Below, piece after piece: positions 49,296-63,637 of a stretch of 64,000 nucleotides of DNA (positions are counted from its first letter, which is position 1; each line of letters opens with the position of its first letter). Below the pieces are notes generated by a model, which saw only the letters and a list, made by a program, of their open reading frames with translations, searched no databases and had not been told where the DNA came from. The DNA is from an uncultured delta proteobacterium (GTDB lineage Bacteria; Myxococcota_A; Polyangia; Fen-1088): positions 32,001-96,000 of the forward strand of contig CAVTRY010000023.1 of assembly GCA_963737265.1 (NCBI GenBank). The letters run 5' to 3'. A program made the translations under genes and the position numbers.

Positions 49296-50396
49296 GTGGA
49301 CGTGCGAATGTTGCGCCAAGGCAGAAGAATTGGGGTGGCGGCGGGCTGGATCGCAGCCATGGCGCTCGTCCTCTTCGCCGAGGCGGGCGGAGTGGTGGGG
49401 GCGGCAACCCAGCCGTCATTCAGCGGGCAAGGGGGCGGGCAAGGCAACCTCCGGGCGCATCGCCTAAGCGGCCGGCCGCCTGGCAAGCCGGCTTACCTCT
49501 TTCTCTGGTATGCCGACGGCAGCCCGTCGCCTGGGGACGGACCGCTCTGCACCGGTTTCAGGCCGCCACCTTTCAACTGCAACTACGGTTCCACCATCGA
49601 AGACTGCCAGCGCCAGGTGCAAACCTACCTCGATGCGTGGTACGCGAATTTCAATATCGTCTTCACCCTCACGCGGCCAGCCAGCGGCGACTACTACATC
49701 ATGATCATCACCAGCGACGGAACTTGGTGCGAACAAAACCCGATCGAGGCTGGCGTGGCGCCGTTCAATTGCAACGACAACCCCGAACAGACCGCCTATG
49801 CATTCGAGTGTGGCTCCAGCGCCCACGCCTGCGCGACCATGATCGCGCATGAACACGGCCACATGGTCGGCCTGGAGCACATCACCAGCACGACCGACGT
49901 GATGAACCCGGTCATCCTCCCGACCGCGGCGGGGTTCGAAAACCAGAGCGACCGCACGGTGGATGGCCTGTGCCAACCGACGCAGAATTCCTACCAGCAG
50001 ATGTTGGCAGCGATGGGCGCGTGGCCCGGCGGAGACAAGCCGAATCCGTTTGCCTCCACGCCGGATGCCGGGGCGCCAGACATCCTGCCGGCCGACGCGG
50101 CGGATGCACGTTCGACCGGCGCCTCGATGGGGCCTCCGTCGGGCGCACCAGAAAACGATGGTAGTGTGGTCGTCCTGGCAGGGTTCGACGCTATCGGGCG
50201 CGCCCCCGTGAGCGCGGCCGATGCGTCGCACCCCGTGGCCGCCTCGCCTCATGGTGGCTGCGGCTTGGCGCGCGGCCCGAAGCGTGCGTCCTGGTCGGTC
50301 GCGATCGCGCTCCTTGCGCTCATTCTGCGCACCGCCCGCCAGCCCGGCTCAGGCCGGCCCGCGACCGCTGCCCGCGCCACCGCGCGCCGCCCGTAG
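49296..50396 (+). CDS. Secreted matrixin-like zinc metalloprotease with MYXO-CTERM-like tail
   Basis: HEHGHMVGLEH and Met-turn DVMNP; C-terminal GGCG followed by a hydrophobic segment. Confidence 0.8.
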   Translation: MDVRMLRQGRRIGVAAGWIAAMALVLFAEAGGVVGAATQPSFSGQGGGQGNLRAHRLSGRPPGKPAYLFLWYADGSPSPGDGPLCTGFRPPPFNCNYGSTIEDCQRQVQTYLDAWYANFNIVFTLTRPASGDYYIMIITSDGTWCEQNPIEAGVAPFNCNDNPEQTAYAFECGSSAHACATMIAHEHGHMVGLEHITSTTDVMNPVILPTAAGFENQSDRTVDGLCQPTQNSYQQMLAAMGAWPGGDKPNPFASTPDAGAPDILPADAADARSTGASMGPPSGAPENDGSVVVLAGFDAIGRAPVSAADASHPVAASPHGGCGLARGPKRASWSVAIALLALILRTARQPGSGRPATAARATARRP

Positions 50397-51440
50397 CCGA
50401 GCTACTTCCTTTCGCAGGGCCTGTACGCTCGCCTTCTGTTTCTCGATTTCTCGGCTAGCCTTTTCGATTTCGTCAGCCGCCGTGGCTAGCCTGCGCTTTG
50501 CCTGATCCCTTTCCATCGCCAGGAGTTCCCTCGCCGCGCCATCGTCGCTGATTTGGCGAAGGTAGCGTTCCACGTCCTTGCGTAGGACAGCGGCGGTCCG
50601 GGCCAATTTCTCCGATCGATCCTGCAACGTCATCCGGCTTTCGCGCAGCTCGTCCCGCTCTCGCCCAGCGCTGGCGACCTCGGCCGTAAGACGCTCAACT
50701 TCCGCCCGCCAGGCCAAAAGCTCGCCCTCGCCCGCAGTACCATCAAGGCCCGGGCCGGTCGGAACGAGAAGACTTTCGGACAAGTGCCAGGGCCTGTCGG
50801 TAGCGGTCGTGCACAAGGCGATCAGATGAGAGGGATTGCCGGCGAGCCTTGCGATGGCCTCGCTGACCGCCAGCTCGTCGCTTCCAGGAGAGAAGAAGGA
50901 CACGCCACGGAAGGGCGTCTCTTCAACGATGTCGACCGTGGCAAAGTGTTCTAGCAGCAGGTCGGCCAGCGCCGCGCGCAGGGTCACGCCCAGCGCCAGG
51001 CTGGCCAGCGAAGACGCGACCACACGTATGGCGCACATGCCATCGCGGCGAAGGACGCGGTGAACTTCGGCGAGCAGAACCGCGCGCTGATCCTCGGCAG
51101 CGACCGCCGCTTCTGGCAAGCCAGAAAGAACCAAATCAGCGCCGCCGCTTGGAAAAGGGAGCGGCAAGCCGGCCCGGCCCGGCGAGAACACCTCCACCGC
51201 GCCCGCCCTACGCAGCAGCTCAGGTCCAGGTCCTCCGCCAGGCGACAAGTCGACGACCACCTTGCCGATGGCAATCGGTTCGACGAACAAGTAGAAGGGC
51301 AGCCCCCACGGCGGCTCGGGCAAAGACCGCACGTCTTGTCGTTCTCGTGGCGACGGAGCGCCGGCGGCCGCGGACCTCACGCCCTCGCTTGCGAGGGAGC
51401 TTGGGACAGCGGATGCACTGTCCTCGTCAGGGGGAATCAT
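50349..51440 (-). CDS. Hypothetical protein: methyltransferase-like fold plus coiled coil
   Basis: GKVVVDLSPGGG, LPFPSGGADLV and EVHRVLRRDG; C-terminal heptad repeats. Confidence 0.55.
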   Translation of the reverse strand: MIPPDEDSASAVPSSLASEGVRSAAAGAPSPRERQDVRSLPEPPWGLPFYLFVEPIAIGKVVVDLSPGGGPGPELLRRAGAVEVFSPGRAGLPLPFPSGGADLVLSGLPEAAVAAEDQRAVLLAEVHRVLRRDGMCAIRVVASSLASLALGVTLRAALADLLLEHFATVDIVEETPFRGVSFFSPGSDELAVSEAIARLAGNPSHLIALCTTATDRPWHLSESLLVPTGPGLDGTAGEGELLAWRAEVERLTAEVASAGRERDELRESRMTLQDRSEKLARTAAVLRKDVERYLRQISDDGAARELLAMERDQAKRRLATAADEIEKASREIEKQKASVQALRKEVARLRAARGGAGSGRGPA

Positions 51441-51559
51441 CGTGTATTTTCCGGCCCCAAGTTTCGCCCCAGCGTGACGAATACACAAGAAGGTCCATCC
51501 CGCTTTTATGACAGCGCCAAGGGCAAGGCGCAGCCGATTCATGCGATAGTCGACAGGAC

Positions 51560-52513
51560 ATGCGCAAGAAGCTTGGACCCCTCCTGGGCTGGGCGGTGAC
51601 CATCGCTGTCCTGGTCTATCTGTTCCGAACCATTCCCCTTTCGAAAGTCGGCGACGCAATCCATGCGGCGTACTGGTGGGCGATCCCCGCTGACGCCGTG
51701 CTCGTCGTCGCGGTCTACCTGGCCGATTCATTCGCCATCAAGAAGACCTTCGCTTGGTTCGTGGCCCCCCTCTCCTTTCGCGAGGTGCTCATCGTGCGCG
51801 GGGCCACCTACCTCCTCGCGCTCATCAACTACGCCGTCGGCCAAGGCGCCATCATCTATTTCGTCAACCGTTCGCGCGGGGTACCTCTCTTGAGAGGAAC
51901 CGCGGCAGTGCTCCTGGTTATGGGCGTCAACGTTCTCGTACTGCTCGTGCTCGCCAGTGCCGGCCTCCTGATGACGGCCGATGTCCCGCCCGTCCTGCGC
52001 CTGGTAGTCATCATGGCCTACGGCGGTTTGGCGGGCTACATCGCCCTCGTGGCTTGGAAGCCGAGCTGGCTCGCCAGTCGGCCGATTTTTGACGTCCTAC
52101 TGTCGGCCGGCGTGAGCGGCCACTTGCGCGCGATGGCGGTGCGCCTACCTCACATCCTATCGCTCATGGTGCTAAGTTGGATATCGCTTGCCGCCTTCGG
52201 CGTCGTGGTTCCAGTCGGCAAGGCGGTGCTCTGCCTGCCCATCGTCTATTTCGTGGCCGTCCTGCCCATTTCCTTCCAAGGGCTGGGTACGTCGCAAGCC
52301 ATGCTGATCCATTTCTTTGCCGCCTACGCGCCCGGAAATACCGATGAGACCCGCTGGGCCGAAGTACTTGCATCGAGTCTCGTGTGCCAAGCCATCGCCC
52401 TGGCGATTCAGCTATCCATTGGGCTATTCTGCATACGCAACCAGCTGGCCCGCAATTTGGGAACGGCACAAGGCGGGCGGGATCGCTCCGCCAAGGAGCG
52501 TGCGGCACGATGA
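51560..52513 (+). CDS. Lysylphosphatidylglycerol synthase TM-domain (flippase-like) protein
   Basis: Multi-TM protein with LPISFQGLG motif. Confidence 0.7.
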   Translation: MRKKLGPLLGWAVTIAVLVYLFRTIPLSKVGDAIHAAYWWAIPADAVLVVAVYLADSFAIKKTFAWFVAPLSFREVLIVRGATYLLALINYAVGQGAIIYFVNRSRGVPLLRGTAAVLLVMGVNVLVLLVLASAGLLMTADVPPVLRLVVIMAYGGLAGYIALVAWKPSWLASRPIFDVLLSAGVSGHLRAMAVRLPHILSLMVLSWISLAAFGVVVPVGKAVLCLPIVYFVAVLPISFQGLGTSQAMLIHFFAAYAPGNTDETRWAEVLASSLVCQAIALAIQLSIGLFCIRNQLARNLGTAQGGRDRSAKERAAR

Positions 52514-52914
52514 GATACAGCAAACCGCGCGCCTTCAATCTCGTTACCTTCCTGCTCTTGGTCGGGACTGCGCTGGTGATCTACGTCCTTATCTGCCTGT
52601 GGCCGGTGTACGCGTCTGCGTCGCGAGTCAAGGGCTTGCTCTACGACCAAATTCCGGCGCTTTACAAGGCCAATCTGCGCCCCGACGACGTCGCACGAAA
52701 CATGATCGACACCATCAAGGAAAACCTCGCCGCCGAGATGAAGAAGAACGGCATCAACGACAAGGCCGCCAAGATCTTCGTCACCCGAAGCCCCAAGGAA
52801 ATCGGTCTCGAAGTTCGCTTCAAGGCCAAGGCACACTTTCCCTTCCCGGAGCGAACCTTTGAATTCGAGCTGTCCCCGAAGGTCGTGTCCGACGCGACAC
52901 GGGTCGATTGGTAG
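52510..52914 (+). CDS. Small membrane-anchored hypothetical protein
   Basis: ATGA-coupled to the upstream gene; N-terminal TM helix. Confidence 0.65.
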   Translation: MRYSKPRAFNLVTFLLLVGTALVIYVLICLWPVYASASRVKGLLYDQIPALYKANLRPDDVARNMIDTIKENLAAEMKKNGINDKAAKIFVTRSPKEIGLEVRFKAKAHFPFPERTFEFELSPKVVSDATRVDW

Positions 52915-52947
52915 ATTCGCCGACGTGATACAATCGGTTCGTTAGGC

Positions 52948-54558
52948 ATGTCCAAGATCATCGTCCAGAGCAGCGAGGACCGGCGCGAGTTCGAGCTGGG
53001 GCCGGTCACCACCATAGGGCGGCACCCGCACAACGCCGTGCAGATCCTCGATCGCATCGTTTCCAAGGAACACGCGCAGATCATTCGCCAGCCCGACGGA
53101 CATTTTCTCTACCGCGATCTCGGCAGCCTGAACGGCTCCTTCATCAAGGACCAACGGGTGGGCGATCACCTGCTGCTCGACGGTGACGAAATCACGCTGG
53201 GCGGAACCGTGGTCGTCTTCCAGGAAACGTCCGCGCAGGCAGCGCAGGCCGCCCAGCGCGTGAGCATCGAGCCCGCGGCGCCAAGCGACGGCGCGTTCAT
53301 TCAGCGCAAGGTTGCGGCCAGCGAGGCCGAGTTCCTGCCCGAAAAGGAAATCGCCAACGTCGAGGCGCTGCGCGCGGATTACGAAAAGCTGCGTCTGGCG
53401 CACGAGCTCGGACGGTCGATCGGGCTCGAGGTGGACATCGACGGCCTGCTGGAAAAGATCATCATGAAGGCTTTCGACCTCATCCCGGCGGATCGAGGTG
53501 TGATCCTGCTCATGGAGAACGACGTTCCCAAACCTCGCGTGGCCAAGACGCGCGACGGACGCAACGAACAGATCCTGCTTTCGCGGTCGATCTTGGCCGA
53601 GGTCGTGCAGCACAAGACCGCCGTGCTGTCGTCCGACGCCAGCGCCGACAGCCGCTTCCAAGGCGCGCGCTCCATCATCATGCAGGGCATTCGGTCCACC
53701 ATGACCGTGCCGCTCATTCACCAGGAACAATTGCTCGGCATCATGCACCTCGATTCGATGGTCGCGACCAATGCCTTCGGCGAAAAGGATCTGCAAATTT
53801 TCGTCAGCATCGGCAACCAGGCCGCGGTGGCCATCCACAACTCCATGCTCGCGCTCAAGATCGAGCACGAAGCCAAGACGCGCGCCCAGTTTCAGCGCTT
53901 GCTTTCGCCCAACCTGGTCGAACAAGTGGTGGCGGGCAACCTGCAGCTCGAAAAAGGCGGCGCGCTTAGCGAAGTCACCCTGCTCTTTTCCGACATCCGC
54001 GGCTTCACCGCCATGAGCGAAAAACGAGCGCCGCAGGAAATCGTGAGCATGCTCAACGAATACTTCGAGCTGATGGTGGACGTCATCTTCAAGCACGAAG
54101 GCACGCTCGACAAATTCGTGGGCGACGAAATCGTGGCCATCTTCGGGGCGCCCGTGGCGCTCGACAACGCCGAGCTCAAGGCGGTCGAATGCGGCCTCGA
54201 CATGAAGGCGGTCCTGGCCGAGTTCAACCGCGTGCGCGCGGCGTCCGGCCGGGATGAAATCAAGGTCGGCATCGGCATCAACACCGGCACCGTGGTCACG
54301 GGCGCCATCGGAAGCTCGCGCGCGCTTCAGTACACCGCCATCGGCGACGCCGTGAACACGGCCTCGCGCCTGTGCAGCGTGGCCAAGGCCGACGAGCTTC
54401 TCGTCTCCGAGCCGACCTACGCCCGCGTGCAAGCGATGGTCAACGCCACCACGCTCACGCCGGTGCGGGTCAAGGGCAAGGCCGACGTGTTGCGGGTATG
54501 GAACGTCACCAGCCTGCGCTCGCCCGACTGGCGCGCCGAGACGACCAAGCCTTTTTAG
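52948..54558 (+). CDS. FHA-GAF-adenylate/guanylate cyclase
   Basis: IGRHP...VSKEHA...SLNGS (FHA); FSDIRGFT, DKFVGDE and GDAVNTASRL (cyclase). Confidence 0.92.
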   Translation: MSKIIVQSSEDRREFELGPVTTIGRHPHNAVQILDRIVSKEHAQIIRQPDGHFLYRDLGSLNGSFIKDQRVGDHLLLDGDEITLGGTVVVFQETSAQAAQAAQRVSIEPAAPSDGAFIQRKVAASEAEFLPEKEIANVEALRADYEKLRLAHELGRSIGLEVDIDGLLEKIIMKAFDLIPADRGVILLMENDVPKPRVAKTRDGRNEQILLSRSILAEVVQHKTAVLSSDASADSRFQGARSIIMQGIRSTMTVPLIHQEQLLGIMHLDSMVATNAFGEKDLQIFVSIGNQAAVAIHNSMLALKIEHEAKTRAQFQRLLSPNLVEQVVAGNLQLEKGGALSEVTLLFSDIRGFTAMSEKRAPQEIVSMLNEYFELMVDVIFKHEGTLDKFVGDEIVAIFGAPVALDNAELKAVECGLDMKAVLAEFNRVRAASGRDEIKVGIGINTGTVVTGAIGSSRALQYTAIGDAVNTASRLCSVAKADELLVSEPTYARVQAMVNATTLTPVRVKGKADVLRVWNVTSLRSPDWRAETTKPF

Positions 54559-54637
54559 GCTTGGCCTTTGATCTCGAACCTCGTCGAGGTGGCCGGCATC
54601 CTAAAGAGCGGTTAGAATCCACGTGGAAGGAGACAGC

Positions 54638-55027
54638 ATGTCCGCAATCGCAGAGACCAAAATTGAATCCCCGGTCGAAGGCAGCCAGGAGCAGAGCCAA
54701 GAGCTGGTGAAGTTGACGGCCCGGGCCGCGGAAAAAGTGAAGGCCATCCGCTCCGAGGAGAAGATCGAGGACAGCTACGGGTTGCGACTGAAAGTCATGG
54801 GCGGCGGCTGCTCGGGTTTCGCCTACGACCTGTTCTTCGACCAACCCCAAGACGTCGATCAGACGTTCGAATCGCAGGGCATCCGCCTGCTGTGCGATCA
54901 GATGAGCCTGATGTACCTTGTCGGCACCGAGGTCGACTACGTCGAGAGCTTGCAGGGATCGGGCTTCAAGTTTACCAATCCCAACGTGAAGTCGACGTGC
55001 GGCTGCGGCTCGTCCTTCAGCGCCTAG
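54638..55027 (+). CDS. A-type Fe-S carrier (ErpA/IscA family)
   Basis: GGGCSGF and TCGCGSSF. Confidence 0.93.
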   Translation: MSAIAETKIESPVEGSQEQSQELVKLTARAAEKVKAIRSEEKIEDSYGLRLKVMGGGCSGFAYDLFFDQPQDVDQTFESQGIRLLCDQMSLMYLVGTEVDYVESLQGSGFKFTNPNVKSTCGCGSSFSA

Positions 55028-55054
55028 TTGCTTTCGTCTTCTTTTGAGACGGCG

Positions 55055-55405
55055 TCACTTCACGGTGATGCCGTCTTCCTGTTTAATGCGGTCGATCTTC
55101 GTCAGACACTGATCGCGAATCATGCTGCGCATGCTCGGGCTCTCGTCCTCGACGGATTCCTTGAAGATGCTTTGGTAGCTGTTGCACTTCGTCGCATCCA
55201 CCACCGGGCGACAGAAGTAGTCGCGTACCCGCTCGCAGGGATTGCGGCTGGCGACTGCCATCTTGACCGCTACCCAAACCACGGCAGCGCAGAAGGCCAC
55301 CGCGAGCACGGTCACGACAAGACGGTGGCGCCTGCGATAGCGGTTTGGATCGATCGTCTCGGCCTCGCGGCGAATCTGTGCAAGTTCCTCGGGGGTTTCG
55401 TCCAT
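55055..55405 (-). CDS. Hypothetical membrane protein with four Cys
   Basis: TM helix followed by C..C..C..C; coding-like composition. Confidence 0.55.
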   Translation of the reverse strand: MDETPEELAQIRREAETIDPNRYRRRHRLVVTVLAVAFCAAVVWVAVKMAVASRNPCERVRDYFCRPVVDATKCNSYQSIFKESVEDESPSMRSMIRDQCLTKIDRIKQEDGITVK

Positions 55406-55530
55406 GAGGCGTCGATTACATCCGATGCAATGCCTGACCGCAAACCCGGAAAACGATTCTTTTCGCAGGCGCGTGCTAGACCGAGGGCATGTCCCGTCAG
55501 AGTATGCCCCGTCAGGCTCAACCGCGCAGA

Positions 55531-56208
55531 ATGACCAAGGCGACGCGGAAGCCGGCCTACGGCACCTGGCCGCCGCCGACCCGTCGCGTGCACGGAGTCC
55601 TCGACGATCTCGATTACCTTTACCCAGCCGCTGACTGCGAGCTCGACCGCGCGGATGCATTCCAGCTTCTGTGCGCCACCATCCTCTCCGCCCAGTGCAC
55701 CGACGAACGCGTGAACAAGGTCACGCCGGATCTGTTCGCGCGCTTTCCCACGCCGGCTACCCTTGCCAAGGCGCAACCGACGGTGGTGGAAGACCTGATT
55801 CGCTCGACGGGCTTCTTTCGCAACAAAGCCAAGAACCTGATCGGTGCCGCCCGCATGCTGGTGGACAAGTGGGACGGTCAGGTGCCGAGGTCGATGAGCG
55901 ACCTACTCCAGCTTCCCGGTGTCGCGCGCAAGACCGCCAACGTGGTGCTCGGAACGGCCTACCAGATTGCGGATGGCGTGGTGGTCGATACCCACGTGGC
56001 CCGCTTGTCGCAACGACTGGCGCTGACTCGATGGACGACGCCGGAGAAGATCGAACGCGACCTGATGCAGATCGTTCCGCGCGAACGCTGGATTCTGCTC
56101 TCTCACCAGCTCATCTGGCACGGTCGCCGGATCTGCCACGCACGCAAACCCGCCTGTGACGCTTGCCGCCTGGTTCCGCACTGCCCGAGCGCGTTCCGCG
56201 AGACTTGA
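55531..56208 (+). CDS. nth: Endonuclease III
   Basis: LSAQCTD, LPGVARKTAN (HhH), VDTH and a C-terminal four-Cys Fe-S motif. Confidence 0.93.
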   Translation: MTKATRKPAYGTWPPPTRRVHGVLDDLDYLYPAADCELDRADAFQLLCATILSAQCTDERVNKVTPDLFARFPTPATLAKAQPTVVEDLIRSTGFFRNKAKNLIGAARMLVDKWDGQVPRSMSDLLQLPGVARKTANVVLGTAYQIADGVVVDTHVARLSQRLALTRWTTPEKIERDLMQIVPRERWILLSHQLIWHGRRICHARKPACDACRLVPHCPSAFRET

Positions 56209-56221
56209 CGGCCGCTACGGA

Positions 56222-56584
56222 CTAGTGCCAGGCAACTTCCACGTCGTTGAGCTGGCCCACCATGAGCTCGCCCAAGCTGCCGTTTCCGTTCAGAAGTACC
56301 ATGTTGTTGGCGTCGAGGCCGGTCACAGCGACCGTTGCGGCGCCCGAGAACTGGTGGGGAATCTGGATGGTGTAGCTGGTGCCGTTCGAGAGATCAATGG
56401 GCGGACCATCCTGCGATCCGACATCCTCGGTGCGCTGCTCGCCACCCACGGTGGTCTGCGTCGCCAACGTGGTCACCGAGCTGACGGTCGATGGATCCAG
56501 GTTGACTCGAAGCACGCTGTCAGCGCTGCCGCACCCAATGCCCCAGCCAGCGAATAGGACTAAGCCGACGAGTCTATTTCGCAT
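56222..56584 (-). CDS. Hypothetical lipoprotein
   Basis: MRNRLVGLVLFAGWGIGC lipobox. Confidence 0.6.
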   Translation of the reverse strand: MRNRLVGLVLFAGWGIGCGSADSVLRVNLDPSTVSSVTTLATQTTVGGEQRTEDVGSQDGPPIDLSNGTSYTIQIPHQFSGAATVAVTGLDANNMVLLNGNGSLGELMVGQLNDVEVAWH

Positions 56585-56598
56585 GGTAGTCACCGTGG

Positions 56599-59027
<2,429 letters not shown>

Positions 59028-59249
59028 GTATTGAGTGCCGCGGGCCAGATTGCAAACGGAGTGGCGAGCGCGATCTCCGGCGCGCGGGTGCGGTCAAGAA
59101 CGACGCAGCAGCAACGCATAGCGAAATCCATAAGGAACCGATGCGAAAAACGCACTAACCAAGCGAGCAAGCCTTGCCTATGCTGCGCGACCTGGCCTAG
59201 GTCTCGTCGAGCTAAACGTAGTCACACATACCATCTGGAGAAGGTGGGG

Positions 59250-61949
59250 ATGCTTCCCGCAATCGATCGCTGGTCTCGGTGGAAAAGCGCCTTCACAGGA
59301 GTGCTGGCGTTGGCCGCGCTCCTCGTTCTGATTCGACTCGGTCATCGACCCGAGTTGGTGGTTGCTGTCCTGGTCGCCCTGCTGGCGGGCGGCATCGCAG
59401 TACTCCACTACGTTCTGGTCGAACGCCGGCGCCGCCAGGATCGAGCACGGAGCTTGCAGCTCCTGCGTCTCCTCAACGGGGAGGGAACCCTGCACGACCT
59501 ACTCGAAAAACTCACGGCCTTCATGCAGGAGTGGACCGGGTGCTCCGCGGTCGGCGTCCGCCTGCAATACGATGACGATTTCCCGTATTTCGAAACACGA
59601 GGTTTCTCCAAGGAATTTGTCGCGGCGGAAAAACACCTGTGCGCCCGCGATATCGCGGGACAGGTTATCCGGGATACGATGGGGAATCCTTTGCTCGACT
59701 GCATGTGCGGAAACGTTCTTTGCGGTCGTTTCAACCCGGATCTCCCCTTCTTCACGGCCAAGGGGACCTTCTGGTCCAATCACACAGGCCATCTTCTAGC
59801 CACCACCAGCGACGCCGATCGCCAGGCCCGAACCCGCAACCGCTGCAATGGCGAGGGCTACGAATCGGTGGCCCTAATTCCCCTCCAAGCCGGAGGCCAA
59901 ACCTACGGCCTATTACAGTTCAACGACTTCGCCAAGGGAAGGTTCTCGCCACGCATGCTTGGTTTCCTCGAGGAGGTCGCCGACATCGTTGCACTCTCCC
60001 TCGGCCAGCGGCACGCGCAAGAGGTGCTCGCGAAGAACGAAGCGAAGTACCGGCAGATCGTGGAAACGGCCGACGAAGGCATCTGGATGGGCGACGCCCA
60101 GCACCGAACGAGCTACATCAACCCGCGGTCGGCGAAAATCCTCGGCCACACATTCGAGCAAATGAAGGGACGGGACATCGAGAGCTTCGTCTTTGCCGAG
60201 GACATCCCAGAGCATCGGCAGCGTATGGCGGAACGCCGCAAGGGCCACTCCGAGCGCTACGAAATCCGCTTTCGACGCCCCGACGGCAGCCCTGTCTGGT
60301 GCCTGGTTTCCCCGCGGGCGACGTTCGACGACAAGGGCCAGTTCGCCGGATCGTTCGCCATGGTCTCGGACATCTCCGAGCGCAAACAGGCGGAGACCTC
60401 GTTGCGCGCCAGCGAAGAGCACTACCGGTCGTTGTTCGAGCACATGCTGAACGGCGTCGCCAGTTGCCAGATGCTATTTGACAACGGCCAGCCGCAAGAC
60501 TTCATCTATCTTGCCGTCAACCAGGCCTTTGCATCCCTGACCGGCCTCAAGGACGTCGTGGGCAAGAAGGTGACCGAGGTCATCCCCGGAATCCGCGAAT
60601 CCGATCCCAAACTATTCGAGGTGTACGGCCGAGTCGCGACGACCGGCGTTCCCGAGCGAATCGAAACCTACGTTGCCGGGCTCAAAATGTGGTTCTGGAT
60701 CTCGGTTTTCAGCCACCGCAAGGACCATTTCGTCGCGGTCTTCGATGTCGTCGACGACCTCAAGCGCGCCGAGGAGGAGCGGGAAAGGCTGCAAGCTCAG
60801 CTCCTCCAGGCACAAAAGATGGAATCCGTCGGCCGCTTGGCCGGCGGCATCGCGCACGACTTCAACAACATGCTGAGCGTAATCAACGGGCACGCAGAGC
60901 TGGCCCTGGAACAGATTCCCGAGTCGGATCCGGTGCATGACGACCTGTGGGAGATCCTCAGCGCCGGCCGGCGTTCGGCGACCTTGACCCGCCAGCTTCT
61001 GGCGTTTGCCCGCCAGCAGACCGTCCAGCCGAGGGTGATCGATCTCAACCAAGTCGTGTCGGGCATGCTCAAAATGCTTGCGCGGCTCATCGGTGAAGAC
61101 ATCGAGCTCGCCTGGTCACCAGACCCTGGCTTGTGGAAGGTCCACGTCGATCCCGCGCAAATCGACCAGGTCCTCGCCAATCTGGCGGTCAACGCGCGCG
61201 ACGCCATAGCCGGGGTGGGTAAGGTAGTACTGGCCACCGCCAATGCGGTGGTCGACGAAGACGAATGCAGCATCGAGGGCAGTCTTCCTGGCCGCTATGT
61301 CCGGCTTTCGGTGACCGACACAGGCTGCGGCATGGACAAGCAAACCATGGCGCGGATCTTCGAGCCGTTTTTCACCACAAAGAAAGTCGGCGAAGGGACA
61401 GGTCTCGGCCTTGCCACGGTGTATGGCGCGGTCAAACAAAACGACGGATTCGTCAACGTCCACAGCGAGCCCGGTAAAGGCACGACCTTCAACATTTACC
61501 TGCCCCGGTCCGAGAGCGTGCTGACGACGACGGCCGAGATGGAATCCATGTCTGAGATTCCCCAAGGCGCGGAGACCGTGTTGCTGGTGGAAGACGAGGA
61601 GAACGTTCTTCGCATGGTGCGAGGACTCCTCAGCAGCGCAGGCTACGGCGTGCTGGCCGCCAACAGCCCCCAGGAAGCCATCCAGGTAGCGCAGGGCTTC
61701 CATGGAACCATCGATTTGTTGGTGACTGACCTGATCATGCCGGGGATGAATGGGCGCGAGCTAGCCCGTCAGTTGAAAGTCGGCAGGCCCAGTTTGAAGT
61801 GCCTCTATATGTCGGGCTACCCGGCGGACGTCATCGCCCATCACGGAATGATCGACGCCGGCGTGCACCTGATTCAGAAACCTTTCAGCTTGAAGCTGCT
61901 GGCCAAAACCGTTCGTGAAGCCATCGACAGCTCCACGCCACCGGCGTAG
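59250..61949 (+). CDS. Hybrid sensor kinase (TM, Cys-rich GAF-like, two PAS, HisKA, HATPase, receiver)
   Basis: AHDFNNML, NLAVNARDA, GTGLGL and C-terminal receiver domain. Confidence 0.92.
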   Translation: MLPAIDRWSRWKSAFTGVLALAALLVLIRLGHRPELVVAVLVALLAGGIAVLHYVLVERRRRQDRARSLQLLRLLNGEGTLHDLLEKLTAFMQEWTGCSAVGVRLQYDDDFPYFETRGFSKEFVAAEKHLCARDIAGQVIRDTMGNPLLDCMCGNVLCGRFNPDLPFFTAKGTFWSNHTGHLLATTSDADRQARTRNRCNGEGYESVALIPLQAGGQTYGLLQFNDFAKGRFSPRMLGFLEEVADIVALSLGQRHAQEVLAKNEAKYRQIVETADEGIWMGDAQHRTSYINPRSAKILGHTFEQMKGRDIESFVFAEDIPEHRQRMAERRKGHSERYEIRFRRPDGSPVWCLVSPRATFDDKGQFAGSFAMVSDISERKQAETSLRASEEHYRSLFEHMLNGVASCQMLFDNGQPQDFIYLAVNQAFASLTGLKDVVGKKVTEVIPGIRESDPKLFEVYGRVATTGVPERIETYVAGLKMWFWISVFSHRKDHFVAVFDVVDDLKRAEEERERLQAQLLQAQKMESVGRLAGGIAHDFNNMLSVINGHAELALEQIPESDPVHDDLWEILSAGRRSATLTRQLLAFARQQTVQPRVIDLNQVVSGMLKMLARLIGEDIELAWSPDPGLWKVHVDPAQIDQVLANLAVNARDAIAGVGKVVLATANAVVDEDECSIEGSLPGRYVRLSVTDTGCGMDKQTMARIFEPFFTTKKVGEGTGLGLATVYGAVKQNDGFVNVHSEPGKGTTFNIYLPRSESVLTTTAEMESMSEIPQGAETVLLVEDEENVLRMVRGLLSSAGYGVLAANSPQEAIQVAQGFHGTIDLLVTDLIMPGMNGRELARQLKVGRPSLKCLYMSGYPADVIAHHGMIDAGVHLIQKPFSLKLLAKTVREAIDSSTPPA

Positions 61950-61973
61950 CGGCCGGCTCCGGGCTGCAGCCAG

Positions 61974-63434
<1,461 letters not shown>

Positions 63435-63637
63435 CGCGACGAGCGCATTTGCAAAGTTTTATGACCGAAATTAAGTATGCCTGAATACGAATGATTCTGC
63501 AATAGGAAGAGCAAGTCCGAAATCTCGCGACACGCGGAAAGTCCTTCAGGGACAGGCCTTTCCAAGATCGAGCCGCGCCCCGATGGGAGCGATGGGTGGT
63601 CTGCGGCTGTCGCGGGATCCAGTGCGAGCGGATAAGA

